Positions 47,326 to 51,906 of a DNA stretch of 51,906 nucleotides are shown here, piece by piece. The position numbers and the translations under genes were made by a program. Origin of the DNA: Octopus bimaculoides (taxonomy: Eukaryota); assembly GCF_001194135.2 (NCBI RefSeq), contig NC_068991.1:887021-938926 (forward strand), in the 5' to 3' direction. Positions within the stretch are counted from its first letter, which is position 1; each line of letters opens with the position of its first letter. Below the pieces are notes generated by a model. It did no database searches and had not been told where the DNA came from. It worked only from the letters and a program-made list of their open reading frames with translations.

Positions 47326-48053
47326 GATTTCTTTTGGATTAGGCACAAGACCAATGTTCTAGGGTTAGAGGTACAGTTAACTGGCTCAACCTCAGTTTAT
47401 AACTGTTATTTTATATTATCAAAAAATAAAAAGGACAAAACAAAGAAAGTGATGAAAAAAAACCCCATGTTTTGCAGGCGTCAAAGAATGAGAAAGAACA
47501 AGCAAAGAACAAAAATAAGGAGGAGGAGGAGGAGGAGTTTGACAAAAAGTGACACTGTTCTGTGTTTGATGTCTGGCTTTTCTCAATTTGTTCATAATTT
47601 TAGTTTCTACTTTTATCATTTATATTTGTTGTGCTTCTTGTTTACAATTGTTTATGCTTTGATAACATTTCTGTTTGTGTTCAGAGATTTGTATAAAACC
47701 TCTGCAGATCTACATTGATTTGCATTCGCAAATTTACATATTATTTACATATTACAGTGGGTTTTTTGTTTACATATCTATGCTGTTTTATGTTTTCAGA
47801 AGGTTTCTGATATTGTTTATAGATTTCTAATATAGAAAGCTTATGGCTTTCTAAATAATTTATATTTATCTCTTAACAAACAATTTATTTCTTCAGATAT
47901 TCTCTGCTAACAATTTCCTTTCTCACATTACGTTTCCTTACTTCTAGCGTTTACCGTTTTTCTTTTTTCTTTTTGTTTGGTTTATTTCAGTCTCAATAGT
48001 AATTCTTCTGTTGAGTTTATTCTCATTCCCTGTTCTCACATTTGTATTTACAA

Positions 48054-48294
48054 CAGTGGTTCCCAACCAGGGGCCCATATGACCATTAGGGGGCCATATA
48101 AGATTTTTGGTTCAAAGAGCTTATAGTTGGAAAATACACCAAATACTTCAACAATTTTTCTAAAAAATATTTTTCCTGATAATATTTAACGATAAAAAAT
48201 ATAACAGGACTTTTAAAACATTGAATGGCTGACTATGAAGGGAGTAGGAATTAAAGGGGTCGTTAACTGGTAAGAATTTGGTTGAGAACCAATG
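48054..48294. mobile_element. hAT-type MITE (241 bp)
   Basis: TIRs CAGTGGTTCCCAACC / GGTTGAGAACCAATG; 8-bp flanks atttacaa and ttttgcaa (6/8 identical). Confidence 0.72.
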
Positions 48295-49327
48295 TTTTGC
48301 AATTTAGCATTGGTGACATTTTTGTTTACATTATGCTAAAGTTATATAATGTGTCTTGAATGGCACAACAATACAGAGTGGACTATAACCCCAGGAACAT
48401 ACATTTACCCACGTGCTTCTGTAGATCATATCAGACTATGAATAATTAAATTATAGACCACTTTGCATTGTTTTGCCATTCAAGACACATTATTTTTCAC
48501 AAACAGTATACAATGCTTCCAGTCAACTACAATACTCTTCTACATTGTTTATATTTATAAAAGTACTTCTTTTGTCTATATTTAAGCAGCTTCTTATCAA
48601 TATTTCCCACCCAGGGGCTTCATTTTCAGGGTGTTTTCCTTAACATACTTTATATCTAAGCTTTTTTGTGTGTTTTATGTTAATAATATTTACTTATGTT
48701 GTAGGGTCAACACCAGATTTTGGTATTAGTTTCTAAACTTGCCATCATTCTTCCCAAATAAGTGGCACCGGTGTTTCACTGGTGAACTTCCATCCATTTC
48801 TCTTTGTCTTTTTTATTTCTGTTGTTGTTTTTTTGTTTATGTACAATTGTTTTGTTGTTTATGTTTGTTGTGTTTATGTTGTTTTAATTTGTAGAATTTC
48901 TTTATTAATTTCCCTAAGACGCTCATAACTGTTTTTATCTATTTATTTATGCACGAAGGGAACAGGGGCTATGACTACTACAACTAGTTCTTTTCTTCTT
49001 AGGTTTTTGGTATTGTTTATTCTTTCTTTCACCATTTTGTTGTTGTTGTTATGGTTATGACTGTCGTTAATGTAATTTACTGATTGGGAAGATGACAATG
49101 ATGATGACGACGGCGACGATGTTAATGGTGATGATGATGATGTTGATGATGTGTTTTCTCAATCCTGGTTGCTTTTTTTTTCTTTCTTTCTTTTTTTGTT
49201 TTGTGTGATGAAATATAATCCAAACTAAGAGAAGGAAATCAGGTGACTTGGAGTGAATGCACCGAGAGCAATGCTTAATGTGTAGATGTGAGTGTGTCTG
49301 TATGAGAGATTGATAAATAAGTATGTA

Positions 49328-49371
<44 letters not shown>

Positions 49372-49599
49372 GGTGGGTACAGGTGTCTATAAATCTATTC
49401 CAAAATGAAAAATAGTGAAAGAAACACAAAGAGTTCATAGTGAATATTCTTCTTTCTCTTCATCTTCTACTTTTACTAGTTGTTCTTCATCTTCTTCTTG
49501 TTCTTCTTCTGTGCCTGCCCAACAAGATAACCGACTGCAAAAGAATAAAAAACACCGTTTGAGAAACAGACTAACACTATAATTGCATGACTTGTAAAT

Positions 49600-49619
49600 T
49601 TACCAAATATCAAAATAAC
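49600..49619 (-). CDS. Candidate terminal exon (G)YFDIW* of the same gene
   Basis: attcAG acceptor; phase 1 fits the donor at 49998. Confidence 0.25.
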
Positions 49620-49997
49620 CTGAATATTATTCATGACAACAGCAACAACAACACTGATGACAACAACAAGAACAACAACAGTAATAAGGAGTTTTGATTT
49701 AGGCTCATCAAGCTCACACCGTCATCATCATGGGTGGGGTGGCAGCAGTCTTGGCTGGTTTTAATGCTAAAGGGTTAAATTGGTCACCCTGCTTCAAATT
49801 TTAAAACGTTGACCTTCAACACAAGACGGAGCAGAAGAAATGGCAGTGAAAAGCCAGCATCATTCACTTTCAATTGTCTGCATTTCAAGTTCAAATGTTG
49901 ATATGGCTAACTTTACCTTTTATACCACAGGGATTAGAGAAATAAATACCAGTTATGTATTGGGCTCAATTCAAATGATAATAGTCTACAAACCCAC

Positions 49998-50142
49998 CAA
50001 CCTCTTTGTAATAATTATTAAGCTTTACATCTACAGGAATGGTAAATTCTTTGACCAAATCTTTCACAAGTTTTAGATTCAGATCGCTGTGTGTTAGTTT
50101 CAAATTCCACAAGGCTTGATGTTGTCTTTCATACATCATGTA
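49998..50142 (-). CDS. Candidate exon of an unidentified minus-strand gene
   Basis: ttttctcAG acceptor, 48 open codons YMMYERQHQALWNLKLTHSDLNLKLVKDLVKEFTIPVDVKLNNYYKEV, G|GTGGGT donor. No homology recognised. Confidence 0.4.
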
Positions 50143-50519
50143 CTGAGAAAACATCAGTAATATATTGGGGGTGGATTCTTTAAGATTTCACACACACACA
50201 CACACACACACGCACGCACACACACGCACACACACGCACACACACACACACATTCACATAAATGTGGCCAGTAATATTCTGGTGTACAGTCTGTCAACAA
50301 TATATCAACCATGTCTGGTCTTTGTGCTTGACAAATTAGTACAAGCTAGAATAGCAACAGTCAAATATGGCACAGAATCAATACCTAATAATCAATACAT
50401 GATAATCAATAGAGGATATAGCTGCTGTGTCATTTCAAATGTAGAACAGAGTGACTGAGTGAATTTTAATGATAACAATTCTATTTTGAATTTTAGATAA
50501 TTTGGCAGAAAATCGACTG

Positions 50520-50890
50520 TGTGGACAGGCAAGGGAATATGGGGTGGGGACAGACATGAGGAGGAGACCCCCTTCAGTCGTGACTGACCATGGGATTGCA
50601 CCTAGAAAGTTAGCCTCTGAGGCACAAGTCCGGGCAAGGTTGTTTGTGGAAGACCAGCAGTCGCCCATGCATACCAGCCTCCCCTCTCCACACCACTGAT
50701 GTTATCCAATGGAAAAGCAAAGGGGCCGATACAGCTTGGCACCAGTGACGTCACAACTCATTTCTACAGCTGAGTGAACTGGAGCAATGTGGAATAAAGT
50801 GTCTTGCTCAAGAACACAACACGCAGCCCAGTCTGGGAATTGAACTCACAACCTCACGATTGTAAGTTCGACGCTCTAACCACTCAGCCT
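50520..50890 (-). mobile_element. SINE family C
   Basis: Reverse-complement homolog of 41520-41850. Confidence 0.82.
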
Positions 50891-51599
50891 TTCAATCATG
50901 GTTCATTGTATTGTCAAAGGTGACAAACAGACAGACAACAGTTCTCTTCGTTTAGTCTCAGTTCAGCTTGGATCCAGTAGACCTCCCCTCATCAAAAATT
51001 TTCCACCTTTCACCAGGATTACTCTATTCAATATGTCCTTCCGTCTTTTAAGGCAGTAATGTTTGTTCTGGGTGAGATTTGACTGTTATTTCTAGCAAGT
51101 CGAGTGACCACATAGAGGCTTCCATCTTGCCCTGGGACAAATGGCCAGCCTCAGACTTCCATTGTAATTCCATTCCCATCAAGGATGTATTATAGGGATC
51201 TTGGGCAACACAAATGCTCAAAGATACATGGCTTCATTGAGCCCAGAAGAATGACAGGTAAAATAAGTTCTGTCAGGGTTTGAAATTAGATTCTCAAGTA
51301 CCACAGAATTTACAAAGATTTCGAAGAAATTTTATTAAAAGACCATCTTTCTCATTAAAATGGTTGATGAATTATTTAGACATTATTGGAACCAGAGAAA
51401 ACTTAGAAAATTGGTTTCCCAAGAATTGGCCAGGATTCATTGTTGAACAAGTCTCCAGTCAATCTGCTACTCTTTGTCTGAAATGTCAAACTCTTTGACA
51501 TTTCTAACATCATTCCATTAATATTTATCACTTGTCTCACCTTATCAAATGTCCCCAGCTTCCATTCTGTTTCATATAACATTTATACTGCTACTGTTA

Positions 51600-51632
<33 letters not shown>

Positions 51633-51671
51633 TTACTACCACCATCACCATAGGCTTCTCTCATGAATGTT

Positions 51672-51785
51672 TGGTCAGCCCAGGGTTATGGAAGACATTT
51701 GCATAAGGTGATCTACAGAAAGACTGAACCTGGCATCTTATAGTTGTGAAGCAAAGTTCTCTTAACCACACAGCTATGCCTGCAC
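51672..51785 (-). mobile_element. SINE family A head
   Basis: Reverse complement of the family A head, followed by (AT)n. Confidence 0.72.
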
Positions 51786-51786
51786 C

Positions 51787-51838
<52 letters not shown>

Positions 51839-51906
51839 TACAGCAATGAATTCTGGGTAGAGGTAGGGGTCCACCAAGGTTCCGTCCTCAGCCCCCTCTT
51901 ATTTAT

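Noticed and set aside
47478-47552. Plus-strand candidate last exon ASKNEKEQAKNKNKEEEEEEFDKK*
   Set aside because: Weak polypyrimidine tract, (GAG)n-derived acidity, and no upstream exons found.
51280-51498. 72-aa plus ORF near the right edge
   Set aside because: Starts at TTG, no convincing splice sites and no recognised homology.

Overview
AT-rich, microsatellite- and SINE-dense animal genomic DNA with 9 N-gaps. The repeat families look like an octopus/coleoid draft assembly (inference). Four genes were reconstructed by hand from splice sites and reading phase. (1) DRC7/CCDC135 on the minus strand: 7 coding exons, 18188->1972, continuing off the left edge, with a GC-AG first coding intron and a palindromic RFX X-box upstream. 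(2) An intronless RMND1 ORF (12858-14012, minus) nested on the same strand inside the 9.5-kb DRC7 intron, tail-to-tail with an unidentified 163-codon plus-strand ORF. (3) A 4-exon, 180-aa secreted MCFD2-like EF-hand gene (+, 21758-23878), divergent from DRC7. (4) An 18-exon RIOX1/NO66 JmjC hydroxylase gene (minus, 38468->26871) whose last exon runs into a gap. Candidate exons of an unidentified minus-strand gene lie at 49.6-50.3 kb. Mobile DNA: two Merlin (IS1595-like) fossils, a near full-length decayed mariner, RTE, R4/Dong-like and CR1-like LINE fragments, two MITEs and at least four SINE-like families. Several unexplained hairpins and palindromes are flagged. All family assignments come from my recall of motifs; no database search was run.
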